Below are positions 11,194 to 20,529 of a DNA stretch of 64,000 nt, piece after piece (within the stretch, counting starts at the first letter, position 1; every line of letters starts with the position of its first letter). The DNA is from a virus. Position numbers and translations under genes: made by a program. Under the pieces are notes generated by a model, which saw only the letters and a program-made list of their open reading frames with translations, searched no databases and was not told the DNA's origin. Location of the stretch: positions 32,001 through 96,000 of the IMG/VR virus record IMGVR_UViG_3300032893_000012. The stretch is one strand, 5' to 3'.

Positions 11194-11430
11194 TCAGGTT
11201 CCTCGGAGTGCGTTACGAGCCGCAATGAACTCTTCGGTCGTCATTGGCACGAGTTTTCGAGCTACCAGGAAGTCCAGATACCTAGAGCTGATCCGGTTCG
11301 ACAGCAGACGCATCACTGTCGCGTTCCAATCAGAATACACCAGCGCCTCCCCATTCCATTCCGGAGAGGTCAAGTACACATCACAGGCTCGCGCCGCGAC
11401 GAGTTCTGCTCTGGTGATTATGACTTGCAT
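11194..11430 (-). CDS. Hypothetical protein
   Basis: 78-aa ORF tightly packed in the operon. Confidence 0.55.
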   Translation of the reverse strand: MQVIITRAELVAARACDVYLTSPEWNGEALVYSDWNATVMRLLSNRISSRYLDFLVARKLVPMTTEEFIAARNALRGT

Positions 11431-11439
11431 CTTGGTTGT

Positions 11440-12798
11440 CTATTTTCGCTTCTTCGTCTTCTTTGAAGGCCTCTTGTGAGGTGCGCTTCGCGCACTCTTC
11501 TTTCCTGTAGCCGCAAGCGCAACTACACCGACGAGTGCCGCGACACCGAGACCGCCGGCAACGAGCGCTCCGGTGCTGAGTCCTTTTTGTTCAGGCGCTG
11601 CGACTGTAGGTTGAGAGGGTCCTACCGGGGTGACCGTTGTTGTAGATGTTGCCGTGACTGGCGAAACGCCTGGTCCAGGAGGGGGAGGCGTAGCTTCTAT
11701 AATTGGCTGAACGGGAAGAGAGGGTGGCGTTGCCTGCCATCCTGCAGACGTAGTTGTTGCAGGCGTAGAAGGCGGCGTGAACACGGGAGGCTGCAGTGAT
11801 GCGCCACCGCACTTGTTGTCGGTCGCTTTCCCCCACCACAGCGGCGCTGGGCTGCACGGCGCTGGAGCGCTTGGCAGAAATCGTCGCAGAGCGTTTGCGG
11901 TATTGGCGCCGTACTTACCATCCGCCGGAAGGCCAAGGGCCGCCTGTGCCGCGCACACCATTGCTGCGTTGCCGGAGTAGCAAGGATCGATCGATACGAG
12001 TGCCTGTACGGCGGTCGGAATCGACGTCGGAATGATCGTAGGAACGGTTGAGACCTGTACCGGTGCAGGAACTGGCGGCGGTGGTACCGATGGCGCAGCA
12101 CCGCATCCAGGTGGAGCGGGAATACCGCCTAGAGCAGATGAGAGCGCGGAGGCTACGACCGGTTCGTACTTACCTGTGTTGATCGGTACCGCTTGTCCAG
12201 GATTGGCTGCGTTCCATGCTGCTTTGAAATTGTGGACAGCTGTGTTTACCGGAGTACCGCTCCGGGCGACACTGGAGCAGTAGTTCGGATCGGCCATGAT
12301 TGCCGCAGAAGCCGCAGCGGCCGCTGCCGCAAGCGATGCTGTGGCAGCGATCGGTGTAGCCACAGCAGGGATTGCGGCAGCCGCAGCCGGGAAAGCACCA
12401 CCGAGTGCCGCTCCCCAAGTGTTTGGCCCGACGACACCATCTGGAGCGACTCCGTGCGCGCTCTGCCATTTGCGTGTCGCGGCGTCTGTGCCGGAACCGA
12501 AGATACCATCAGCAGTAACCCCGATGATCGTTTGCCAGAGAGCAACGTCTGGACCAGTGCTTCCTTGCTTGATCAAAGAGTGCGGCGCAGAGGGAGATGC
12601 GGGAGCTATCGCGCCGAGTGCGCCAACTGTGCCAGGTACGTTCAGCGTCTCGCCAGCGTGAAGTGATCGCCAGGTGCGAACCCCTGCTACCACCGTCGTT
12701 GCCTTGTGCGGATTTGCCGCCACCAGTGAACCCAACGGCATACCGAATTTGCGAGCGATGATCGACGGGCTCTCACCGCTTCGAACTGAATAACGCAT
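11440..12798 (-). CDS. LysM + peptidoglycan-binding protein, C-terminal TM anchor
   Basis: N-terminal LysM (YSVRSGESPSIIA...ANP); PG_binding_1-type repeats (ADGIFGSGTDAATRKWQ, PDGVVGPNTW); Pro/Thr linker; TM plus Lys/Arg tail; AAGGAG upstream. Confidence 0.85.
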   Translation of the reverse strand: MRYSVRSGESPSIIARKFGMPLGSLVAANPHKATTVVAGVRTWRSLHAGETLNVPGTVGALGAIAPASPSAPHSLIKQGSTGPDVALWQTIIGVTADGIFGSGTDAATRKWQSAHGVAPDGVVGPNTWGAALGGAFPAAAAAIPAVATPIAATASLAAAAAAASAAIMADPNYCSSVARSGTPVNTAVHNFKAAWNAANPGQAVPINTGKYEPVVASALSSALGGIPAPPGCGAAPSVPPPPVPAPVQVSTVPTIIPTSIPTAVQALVSIDPCYSGNAAMVCAAQAALGLPADGKYGANTANALRRFLPSAPAPCSPAPLWWGKATDNKCGGASLQPPVFTPPSTPATTTSAGWQATPPSLPVQPIIEATPPPPGPGVSPVTATSTTTVTPVGPSQPTVAAPEQKGLSTGALVAGGLGVAALVGVVALAATGKKSARSAPHKRPSKKTKKRK

Positions 12799-12828
12799 CT
12801 CGCATTCTCCTTAAAAAAATCTCGATGC

Positions 12829-13545
12829 TCAGCGCCCGCGGCGCCCCTTCTTCGTAGCAAGCAGAACGATACCGCCGAGTGCGGCCGCCCCTGCCACACC
12901 GATTCCGACCATAGCTCCCGTGGAAAGCTTCTTGTCGGACGCTGCTGCGACTGGAAGCGGCGCTGCACAGTATTGTCCGCTCGGCTCAGGGAACACGTCG
13001 TAGTCCTTTGGGTGCATCTTCGCGATCATGATGAGCGCGCAGAGCGTATCTTCATCGAATGTGCCGTCGGTTCGGAGCGCCTTGCTCGGACCGCCCTGTC
13101 CGGCGTAGTTCGCGTTGTACCAAGCCTGAAAGCAGCCGCCGGCCAGATTGATCGCGGGTCCCCATGTCGGACACGGCTTGGATCCCTGCGCAATGATCGC
13201 ACTGTTCAGCTTGTTCAGCGTATTCGACACCCACATTTGTTGTGGCTGCGTGAGCTTGCTCCAGATCTCCGGATCACTCGGACTGTCGAGCGCGAAGCCA
13301 AGCGCACCTCTACCTCCTATCGAAAGGTGCTCTGCAACGAAACCTGATCCATTACCTCGAACCGGAGAGAGTGATTGCTGTGCCCACATTGGAATTGGTC
13401 CTTCACAATCGACGCATGCTGGTTTTCGCGTCGGCAGTCGTTGCTGTTGAATGCAGTCGGCCGAACGGAGACCCTCATCGGTCGGGCCTTGTACGGGGAC
13501 GTCTGTAACGAAATTCGGATGCCCGTAAGCTTGAGCGGGGGTCAT
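12829..13545 (-). CDS. Tail-anchored protein with PG-binding-like motif
   Basis: LRTDGTFDEDTLCAL; C-terminal LSTGAMVGIG TM plus basic tail. Confidence 0.7.
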   Translation of the reverse strand: MTPAQAYGHPNFVTDVPVQGPTDEGLRSADCIQQQRLPTRKPACVDCEGPIPMWAQQSLSPVRGNGSGFVAEHLSIGGRGALGFALDSPSDPEIWSKLTQPQQMWVSNTLNKLNSAIIAQGSKPCPTWGPAINLAGGCFQAWYNANYAGQGGPSKALRTDGTFDEDTLCALIMIAKMHPKDYDVFPEPSGQYCAAPLPVAAASDKKLSTGAMVGIGVAGAAALGGIVLLATKKGRRGR

Positions 13546-13766
13546 GGGAACCTCGGTGGAGCTAATTGCTGTTGCGGCTGCGGATCAGGCCCGGCGCCGA
13601 TCGCTGCACCGACAAAACCGCCAAAGACCGCTCCGAGTGCGACGCCTGCCTCTTGAGCGTCACCACGGGTTAGTCCTCCAGGGAATCTGGTTGCGAGCTG
13701 TTCACCGACGATCGCTCCCACGATGACGCCAAGTCCGCCGCCGAGTCCAGCTAACGCGCGGCTCAT
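13542..13766 (-). CDS. Small glycine-zipper membrane protein
   Basis: MSRALAGLGGGLGVIVG...GAVFGGFVGAAIG; paralogue at 28237-28488; ATG overlaps the upstream stop. Confidence 0.65.
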   Translation of the reverse strand: MSRALAGLGGGLGVIVGAIVGEQLATRFPGGLTRGDAQEAGVALGAVFGGFVGAAIGAGPDPQPQQQLAPPRFP

Positions 13767-14650
13767 GGGACATCGCTCCCGATGTTCTGGTCGAACACCA
13801 GCGCTCCGGCGATGGATCCATATTGCGCGAACGTCGGATACGCAGCAACGAACCGATCCTCGGATCCGAGGGCAGCGATCTGTTGCGCCGAGACGGTTGG
13901 ATCGCTGAAAAATGGATTCGTCGACGGATCGTTTTGACGCACACTCGCGAACAGCGCGACGTCGCACGGAACAGGTAGAGGCACATCGAGCACGCGCTCG
14001 CTTCTCGTTGTGCGCCACGGATATCGGAGCTCGTGAATGTTGCCGAGACTAGCCGCGAGAGGCGTACCCCACGGACGTCCACCGTTCGGAGCCGTGTACG
14101 GCGCAAGATTTTGAAAAAGCAACGCAGGTGAAAGAGAGTCCTGGAAGATAAACCCGTCCGTGTTGAACGGATTTCTGGTGTCTCGTTGCACCTTGTTGAT
14201 CACCATCACGTGCCAGGAGATGTCGCCGTCGAGCGGATGCCAAAGCGGGCTCTCGATCTCCTTACGGAAAGTGACTGTGCTGCCCAGCGGTGGCCCAGAG
14301 ATGGCTCCGTCTTCTACAATCGGTATCCGCGCAACGAGTTCGGCGTACTGGCGGATCCCGACCAGACGAACGCCACAATTGTCCGAACTCTGCTCGCCGG
14401 TACCAAAGCTCGCTCGCGCCAGAAGAAATAGATATCGCGCGTCACCGATAGCTGCGCTCGGAACGGATGGGACTACGAGACCCGTGTAGGCGTTCGTGTT
14501 GTACGGATCGCTTCCGATGAATCCGAACTCGGAATTCGGACCTACGGTGACGAGTTCCTGTCTCCCGTTCGCGAGTACCGAACGGATCTGTTCCGCTACA
14601 CCGCCGGGGCGGTATTGCATACGGATCACGTTGTCGGTCTTAGCGGCCAT
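13763..14650 (-). CDS. Putative structural protein (candidate minor capsid/penton)
   Basis: 295 aa, beta-rich, directly downstream of the capsid candidates. Function inferred from position only. Confidence 0.5.
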   Translation of the reverse strand: MAAKTDNVIRMQYRPGGVAEQIRSVLANGRQELVTVGPNSEFGFIGSDPYNTNAYTGLVVPSVPSAAIGDARYLFLLARASFGTGEQSSDNCGVRLVGIRQYAELVARIPIVEDGAISGPPLGSTVTFRKEIESPLWHPLDGDISWHVMVINKVQRDTRNPFNTDGFIFQDSLSPALLFQNLAPYTAPNGGRPWGTPLAASLGNIHELRYPWRTTRSERVLDVPLPVPCDVALFASVRQNDPSTNPFFSDPTVSAQQIAALGSEDRFVAAYPTFAQYGSIAGALVFDQNIGSDVP

Positions 14651-14652
14651 TT

Positions 14653-15324
14653 TCAGCGCGTGGGTAGAAGCAGTTGCAAATCTGGTGTTTCGATGCCCAG
14701 CTTGCGCAAATTCGAACGCGCGTCTGCGTCTGAGAGATCGTCTATGGTCTTATCTAGAAATTGCCACCCTAGAAACGTGAGCGTCACGGTGTACGGGACA
14801 CTGACCGGCGTCTGCGTGAGGATCGCGCTCACCTTCACGTTCATCTGCTTGTAAAGCGGCCATCCTTGTGGCCAGGTCACAGCGAAGACATCGATCAGAT
14901 TGCCGAGATCCGTGAACGTGTCGTTGATGGCGTACTTCGGGCCTCCGTAAGCGTCCATCCTGATCCCGACACCCGTTTGCCCGCTCTGCTTCAGCTGGTT
15001 GAAGTAGGTCGATTGGAACGGACTTCCAGCGAAACTGTTCTGCTGAAACAGGTTGTACGAGACGCGCTCGATGAGCGTGTCTTGAGTCAGGTTGTTCTGA
15101 AAGCTCTGAACTACCGGCGGTGCGTTCACTGTGCTCGAGGAGAACTGGATCGGAATATCGAGCACGGTCGGCACGCGGGGGACGCCAATGATCATGGCGT
15201 ACGCAAATCGCGGTGCGTAGATAGCGAGATTCCTCACATCGAAATCACGAGGCTGCAAGGCGGGCCTTCTTTCTTTGGCGGTATTTCTCTTGCCGCACAT
15301 TGCTCCTGACAGAAAAATCCGCAT
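14653..15324 (-). CDS. Candidate single jelly-roll capsid protein (small)
   Basis: Alternating beta-strand pattern ending YTVTLTFLGWQF, resembling terminal strands of single-jelly-roll capsid proteins. Start may be 15300. Confidence 0.45.
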   Translation of the reverse strand: MRIFLSGAMCGKRNTAKERRPALQPRDFDVRNLAIYAPRFAYAMIIGVPRVPTVLDIPIQFSSSTVNAPPVVQSFQNNLTQDTLIERVSYNLFQQNSFAGSPFQSTYFNQLKQSGQTGVGIRMDAYGGPKYAINDTFTDLGNLIDVFAVTWPQGWPLYKQMNVKVSAILTQTPVSVPYTVTLTFLGWQFLDKTIDDLSDADARSNLRKLGIETPDLQLLLPTR

Positions 15325-15408
15325 GCGGCTTTACTGTCTTACAGCCGCCGCAAAACTTCTCTACTTGTGTGGCAGTCGACTTCAAAAACTTGTTCTCCTG
15401 AAACGCGA

Positions 15409-15444
15409 CGAGCGGCGCGGCGCTGTTTTCGCCGGCGCCGCTCG
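15409..15444 (-). terminator. GC-rich stem-loop downstream of the capsid candidate
   Basis: CGAGCGGCGC-GGCG / CGCC-G-GCGCCGCTCG; only a weak U-tract. Confidence 0.45.
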
Positions 15445-15494
15445 CGCTATGTGCTTAGAAAAGGCGATCGACCTTCTTCGGCACTCCTCTCGAA

Positions 15495-16832
15495 TCAGCC
15501 AGCCTTCTGCACGAGCTGCGGCGCGTTCTGGCTGCAGTATGCCTTCCAGCCGCCGGGCATTTCCCAGCCCTTGATCTTGATACCGATCTTCAGGATGCCA
15601 CCCTTGAAGACCTCTCGGCAGACGTTGACCGACTGCTGGATCAGCACCGGCGTCGCGTCGAGCGTCTGCTCCAACATGACGTTGTTTGCGCCTGAAGCAA
15701 TGGCGCCTGCGGTCGGTACACCGTTGCCTGCCGCAGCCCCCACCTGTGTCGAACAGGAAAGATTCGTGTCCGGCGAGATGTTGACACCGAGAGGCTCGTT
15801 GTTGATCGTGACTGCCTGGAGCATGAGCGCCTGGTGCACGGCGTCCTGCACGACGAACAGCATGCCGATGGGGATACCGCGCTCGAGGAAGCACGGACTC
15901 TCGATCGGCCGGTACATCTGGCCACGGCAACCGTAGCCCTGCCACCGGAGACCGCCCCACGTAACCGGTGCGAGATCGAAGTCGCGCGTCGGGTGGAACA
16001 CGCCGACGTTGTTGGTCGCGCTCGTGCTGTTGACGCTGCCGACGCGCCTGAAATTCACCGGAAGGAAGATCGTCGCCGATCCCTTCGAGCGATAGAGCGC
16101 GTTGACCGCAGCCACGAATTCGATGATCGGCACCTCGCTCGTGCCGCTCGCTTCGGCGTCCGCGAAGGATCCGAAGTACGAGACGTCGGCCGCGAGCTCG
16201 TTCAGTACGAGCTCACGCTGCGAGGTCTTCCATTGGAACTGGTAGGCGTTGATGAAGTTCCAACCTGCACGCCACACGTCGGCACCGAACTCGAACACCG
16301 CCGGAGACGGCGGCGTATCGCTCGTCGGAGTCGCGCCGGCGAACTGTCCACCGAGTGCGCCGTTGAAGAGATCGTTGGCGGTGAACACGTCCGGTGAAGG
16401 AGGCGGAACCTGCGTCGTTGCCGGCGCCGCGAAAGCGTTGCCGATCGTCGAGAAGCTCATTGGTTCGCAGAAGGTGTGCACGCCGACTCCCTGAGCGAGG
16501 ATATCGGTTTGCAAGATCCCGTTGATGAGGAACGTCGAATCGATCGACGCCACTCCGGGCACGCTCGATGAACCGCTGAGCAGGTTCACCGTGTCTCCGA
16601 GAGTGGCGAGCGCCTCCTCGGCAGTGAGCGGCAGAGGGATCGTCCAGACCACCTCTTCGATGACGGGGATGTTGCCGAATGAGCAACGAAGGCACTTGTC
16701 CATCGCGGCTGCGGCGAGCGTGCCGTCGATCTTGTTGGGGTCGAGACCGAGTCCAAACTGCGGACGCGCCACTTTCGGCTGGTCTCCGCCGAAGGTCTTG
16801 ATGGTTCTGCCGATGATGCTTCTCGAGGACAT
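15495..16832 (-). CDS. Candidate major capsid protein (445 aa)
   Basis: AGGAG then ATG (MSSRSIIGR); flanked by hairpins; beta-rich, ending LKIGIKIKGWEM; N-terminal FGLG motif. No HK97 motifs recognised. Confidence 0.5.
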   Translation of the reverse strand: MSSRSIIGRTIKTFGGDQPKVARPQFGLGLDPNKIDGTLAAAAMDKCLRCSFGNIPVIEEVVWTIPLPLTAEEALATLGDTVNLLSGSSSVPGVASIDSTFLINGILQTDILAQGVGVHTFCEPMSFSTIGNAFAAPATTQVPPPSPDVFTANDLFNGALGGQFAGATPTSDTPPSPAVFEFGADVWRAGWNFINAYQFQWKTSQRELVLNELAADVSYFGSFADAEASGTSEVPIIEFVAAVNALYRSKGSATIFLPVNFRRVGSVNSTSATNNVGVFHPTRDFDLAPVTWGGLRWQGYGCRGQMYRPIESPCFLERGIPIGMLFVVQDAVHQALMLQAVTINNEPLGVNISPDTNLSCSTQVGAAAGNGVPTAGAIASGANNVMLEQTLDATPVLIQQSVNVCREVFKGGILKIGIKIKGWEMPGGWKAYCSQNAPQLVQKAG

Positions 16833-16891
16833 GATTTTTCGAGCTCCTGTTTTGCTTCGCCGTTTCTCTGGGCCGACGCGAAGCGTCTCTG

Positions 16892-16933
16892 ACACCTCAA
16901 CCCCGGGGCTCGAGGCCTACCGGGGCGAGGTGT
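16892..16933 (-). promoter_or_regulatory. Long stem-loop in the leader of the capsid candidate
   Basis: ACACCTC..CCCCGG-GGC / GCC..CCGGGG..GAGGTGT inverted repeat. Confidence 0.5.
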
Positions 16934-16947
16934 TTCACTGAACGAGT

Positions 16948-18633
16948 TCAGGTGCCGGGCAGGTACGGCAGCTCCTCGCGACTTTCTCCGAGGAAAGCGG
17001 AGTGACCGGCGAGCGGATCGCCTACGCACCCGCACGACGGATCCGAATGCGGTCGCGCCTGTGGCCCGGGACCGACGTCTGAGGGCGGTCCTGGTTGCCA
17101 ATCCTGGCTCACGCCAGGTTGACCCGGATTACCGCGTCCGTACGGCGCTCCGGTCCCCATGGACTGCGCCACGGTCGGGTAGTCGCTTCCGGGACCACCG
17201 GTTCCCCACGTGTTTTGCACGGTGGGGTACTGGGAGTCCTGAATGCCGGTGGCGTTTCGCAGCGCCTGGCCAGCATCCGGGTAAGGCGACTCCGCGGCGA
17301 GCGCGAACGGACCCACGTCGGCTCCGGAGAGCACGCCAGCCACGGCAGTCACCTGCTTCTGCTGCATGTTCAGGGATGCCGCGACCTCCGCTGGATAGAG
17401 GCGCACGATGATGCTCTTCTGGAGCGACGGAGGACTCGTGTCCTTCGGTGTGAGCATCGGCATGAGGAAGTTGTTCCAGAACATCCGGAACAGATTCACT
17501 CCGGCGCCGAGCGCCAGACCATCCAATGCCGCTTTCCCTGTTCGATTGCGGACGGCATACGCCGAGAGCAACGCTGGCGCGGCAGCGACCCCGACTCCGG
17601 CGCCGATGCGCATGAGGTTGGGACGCATGGCCACGTTCAACGTGTTTGCGAGCGTGCCCGAACCATCGCTCGTAAACTTGTCGGTCGGCTTCGGATCTGT
17701 CGAGGACGGATTGTACGTAGCGAGCAAGCGATCGATGCCGTCCGCTAGAATGAAACCGACGCCGCTGGTGACAACCGCCACCGCGAAATCAGCAACACCC
17801 ATTCCGCTTCCGCCTCCGCTAGATGCGTGCATACGCCGACTGTGACGCCGACGAGAATGACGACGACGAGGCGATTCCATCACGTGCGCTCGGCGCCGGC
17901 TGTGGCGCCTGCGACGACGACGCGGAGCTTCGCTCACCACCGCTTCTCGAGTGGTTCGCCTACGCGCGTGCCGGCGCGTCTTCTTGCGACGCCAACCCTT
18001 CTTGGCTGCCTTCCGGTGACCGGAGGGGTTACCGCGCCACGCCTGCACGTTGCTATGCACGCGACGCCGATGCCGGCGACGTCGCCACTTCTGCTGCGGC
18101 GTGAGCACGCGCTTGCGCGTTCGACGACTTGCGCGGGCCTGTGTCTTGCGCGCTCGGCGACGACGCCTCCGCTTGGGGGCTGCCACCGATGTAGCTGCAC
18201 GAACGCGCCGGCGACGCGCGCGCTTGGGCGCACTCTTCTTCTTGCTAGAGCGACGACGACGACGGGGTGAGGATACTTTCGCAGTTCTGGCCATGCTTTC
18301 CTCTCGAGCGACTACGGCGCGGATGCCTTTGCCGAACGGGACGGTCCGTTTGACTTTGGACCCTTTCGGATCGAATTGACGGATGCGGATGTACTGGTCG
18401 GTGACGTCCACCTTCCCGTACCGGTAGCCGTGAGACCTAGCCCACGCTTTCGCCTTGCTCTCGGTCCACCCGGCGCTGCGATGAAACAGCAACGATTGGA
18501 CAGACATCGATTTCGACTCGTGCGGCGCAACGGCGTCCGTACGCGGGTATGCGATCGGAGATGGCCTGTTTCGCGCGACATCACTACGGCGTGATTCGCT
18601 GAGATCGGCCAGTCGATCGTCGTAAAGACCCAT
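16948..18633 (-). CDS. Arg-rich core-like protein (QSLLF domain + protamine-like region + hydrophobic segments)
   Basis: SVQSLLF...HGYRYGKVDVTDQYIRIRQ domain; ~160 aa of poly-Arg blocks; hydrophobic helices. Possible internal start at 18294 with GAGG SD. Confidence 0.75.
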   Translation of the reverse strand: MGLYDDRLADLSESRRSDVARNRPSPIAYPRTDAVAPHESKSMSVQSLLFHRSAGWTESKAKAWARSHGYRYGKVDVTDQYIRIRQFDPKGSKVKRTVPFGKGIRAVVAREESMARTAKVSSPRRRRRSSKKKSAPKRARRRRVRAATSVAAPKRRRRRRARKTQARASRRTRKRVLTPQQKWRRRRHRRRVHSNVQAWRGNPSGHRKAAKKGWRRKKTRRHARRRTTREAVVSEAPRRRRRRHSRRRAHVMESPRRRHSRRRHSRRMHASSGGGSGMGVADFAVAVVTSGVGFILADGIDRLLATYNPSSTDPKPTDKFTSDGSGTLANTLNVAMRPNLMRIGAGVGVAAAPALLSAYAVRNRTGKAALDGLALGAGVNLFRMFWNNFLMPMLTPKDTSPPSLQKSIIVRLYPAEVAASLNMQQKQVTAVAGVLSGADVGPFALAAESPYPDAGQALRNATGIQDSQYPTVQNTWGTGGPGSDYPTVAQSMGTGAPYGRGNPGQPGVSQDWQPGPPSDVGPGPQARPHSDPSCGCVGDPLAGHSAFLGESREELPYLPGT

Positions 18634-18856
18634 GTCACGATGCACTGACAGGCTCTCAGCGCAACCTATTACGGTCAATACGATGGCAAATAACGAGACG
18701 AATCACGCGCGCGTTGCCATCACGCGAATGCGCGTCAACACCCCGACTCAGCACATGTCTAAAAATTTAGTATTCACGCGATGTTACGCATGAACACCCT
18801 CGTGACAATTCGACGCCAAATACCACTACGACATCGGCGTAACTCGAGCACCGTTT

Positions 18857-18897
18857 CTGTTCAACGAACGTTAAACAATCGTCAAACGATCGTTTGA
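18857..18897 (-). promoter_or_regulatory. Three 11-bp direct repeats (TCGTTTGACGN-like) plus a 16-bp palindrome
   Basis: Minus strand TCGTTTGACGA TTGTTTAACGT TCGTTGAACAG; perfect palindrome TCAAACGATCGTTTGA at 18882-18897. Confidence 0.7.
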
Positions 18898-20529
18898 TTA
18901 TCGGATGTTCGGGTAGAGCAGATCGAGCAAAGTTGTGCGTTTACGGTGCACGCCGCCGAGCGAGCCTTCGCTCATACCAACGAAGTCTCCCGCACCGATC
19001 TCTTTTGCGGTCTTCCCTGGTTCGACCCACCACTCTTTTGCGTTGGGAGAGACGTGTCCGACGGGATAGTTCGTCGTTCCGTCCATTCTCACCCAATCTC
19101 CGAGGTCATCTTCGAACGCCATGAATACGTGTGTCGGTACTTCATACGGCGCACGGTGACTGCTTCCGATGATCATGGCGTCGATACCGATCGACATCAC
19201 CGCTGCGGCGAGCGTGATAGCCGCTTCGTCACAGTTGCTTACGGTTACGTCGTGCTCTGGGAGGTAGACGTAGTGATCGTCGGTAGAAATATCCCAGCAA
19301 GGGACTTTTCTGACGGATCGATCTATCGATCGAACCGACAGTGTGAGTGATCCTTTCTCCCGTTGACCGACACGCCACAGAGGATGCTTTCCAGCTCCGC
19401 CATGTTGCTCTGGAGTGAGCATTTTAACGCTTGTCATCTTGCCGAACATACGATGCAGTACGCGCACCTGAAGCATGAGTTGTCTGCTAGTCGTCGAATA
19501 CGTACGCGTGGCGGCGCCGGTGTTCTTCGTGCTATCGGCCATCAATCCGCGCAAGGCCGCAGCGGCGCTAGCCTCTTCGAGATTAATCGTTTCCAGATGT
19601 TTAAATCTCGCTCGAGATCCTAGTCCGGCTATCCGTGAAGCCCATTCTCTATCTTTGATCTCGATGTATTTCGCGTGCCAGAGAGTCTCGATCCCGAGGC
19701 GTTCGCAGATGGCCTTGACCTCATGCTTCTGTTCTTCTTTGCGTTTGCCGTCGCGACCGCCAATGCGAAATTTCAGATGCGGCAGATTTTTGTTTTTGCT
19801 CGCTTCCACCCATCCGTCTGCGAGCGTCAGAGCTTCGACGTACATGCGATCCGGATCAACTCGCATCGATCCGAAAACGATACGTTCTGGTTGGAGAAGT
19901 GCGTCTCCCTCCGACAGATCAGTCACGCGGACACGCTCAAATGCGTTGCAATCTTTTTGGTAGCAGGCTCCGTGTGCTGACCGACCGTGCGGACACCTGC
20001 CGACATATACCTTGTGATCGCCGGTCAAATGCATCGTCGAGCCGTTGCTCATCTCGATAGCATCGACCGAAAGCGCTCCTTTTGCCCATTTTTGCGTAAC
20101 TTCGCTCCACTTGTCCTTGCCCCAGATACGATCGCCGATATTGATCTTTTCGATCGGAATGAATTCAAAATCGTCGCGTAGGAGCAGCGTTCCTTCCGGG
20201 AAGCAATCGCCGCCGATGATGCAAAGCCCTCCCTCGTCGAGACAGAGAAGCTGGTTCGGTGTCGCCATAAATTCTCCCATGACTGGGTCAGCGACGTACG
20301 GAACCTTCTTTCTGAAGGCATCGAGAATACACTGCGCCTTTTGACGTTTCCCGCCACGTGACACGCCTTTTTTGTCGAGCTGTTGGAGCACCCAGGCGCG
20401 CAATCTCGGACTCATTCGTGCGGACCATGCGCGGTCGGCCACCTCTTGCAAGGATTTCTTCGCTCCCTTAGCGCCAGCAGGGTGCGGTCCAGCATCTGTC
20501 TTCACTCCATTTATAGGCTTGTCGATCAT
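18898..20529 (-). CDS. Transglutaminase-like cysteine enzyme interrupted by an intein
   Basis: Spliced sequence GGD|CDEAAITLAA...THVF...WVRMDGT gives a Cys-His-Asp triad; 219 aa after splicing. Confidence 0.85.
   Translation of the reverse strand: MIDKPINGVKTDAGPHPAGAKGAKKSLQEVADRAWSARMSPRLRAWVLQQLDKKGVSRGGKRQKAQCILDAFRKKVPYVADPVMGEFMATPNQLLCLDEGGLCIIGGDCFPEGTLLLRDDFEFIPIEKINIGDRIWGKDKWSEVTQKWAKGALSVDAIEMSNGSTMHLTGDHKVYVGRCPHGRSAHGACYQKDCNAFERVRVTDLSEGDALLQPERIVFGSMRVDPDRMYVEALTLADGWVEASKNKNLPHLKFRIGGRDGKRKEEQKHEVKAICERLGIETLWHAKYIEIKDREWASRIAGLGSRARFKHLETINLEEASAAAALRGLMADSTKNTGAATRTYSTTSRQLMLQVRVLHRMFGKMTSVKMLTPEQHGGAGKHPLWRVGQREKGSLTLSVRSIDRSVRKVPCWDISTDDHYVYLPEHDVTVSNCDEAAITLAAAVMSIGIDAMIIGSSHRAPYEVPTHVFMAFEDDLGDWVRMDGTTNYPVGHVSPNAKEWWVEPGKTAKEIGAGDFVGMSEGSLGGVHRKRTTLLDLLYPNIR
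19234..20205 (-). mobile_element. Intein (324 aa) with LAGLIDADG-type homing endonuclease remnant
   Basis: Block A CFPEGT, block B LTGDHKV, block C ALTLADGW, block E LRGLMADS, blocks F/G CWDISTDDH...TVSN|C. Confidence 0.9.
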
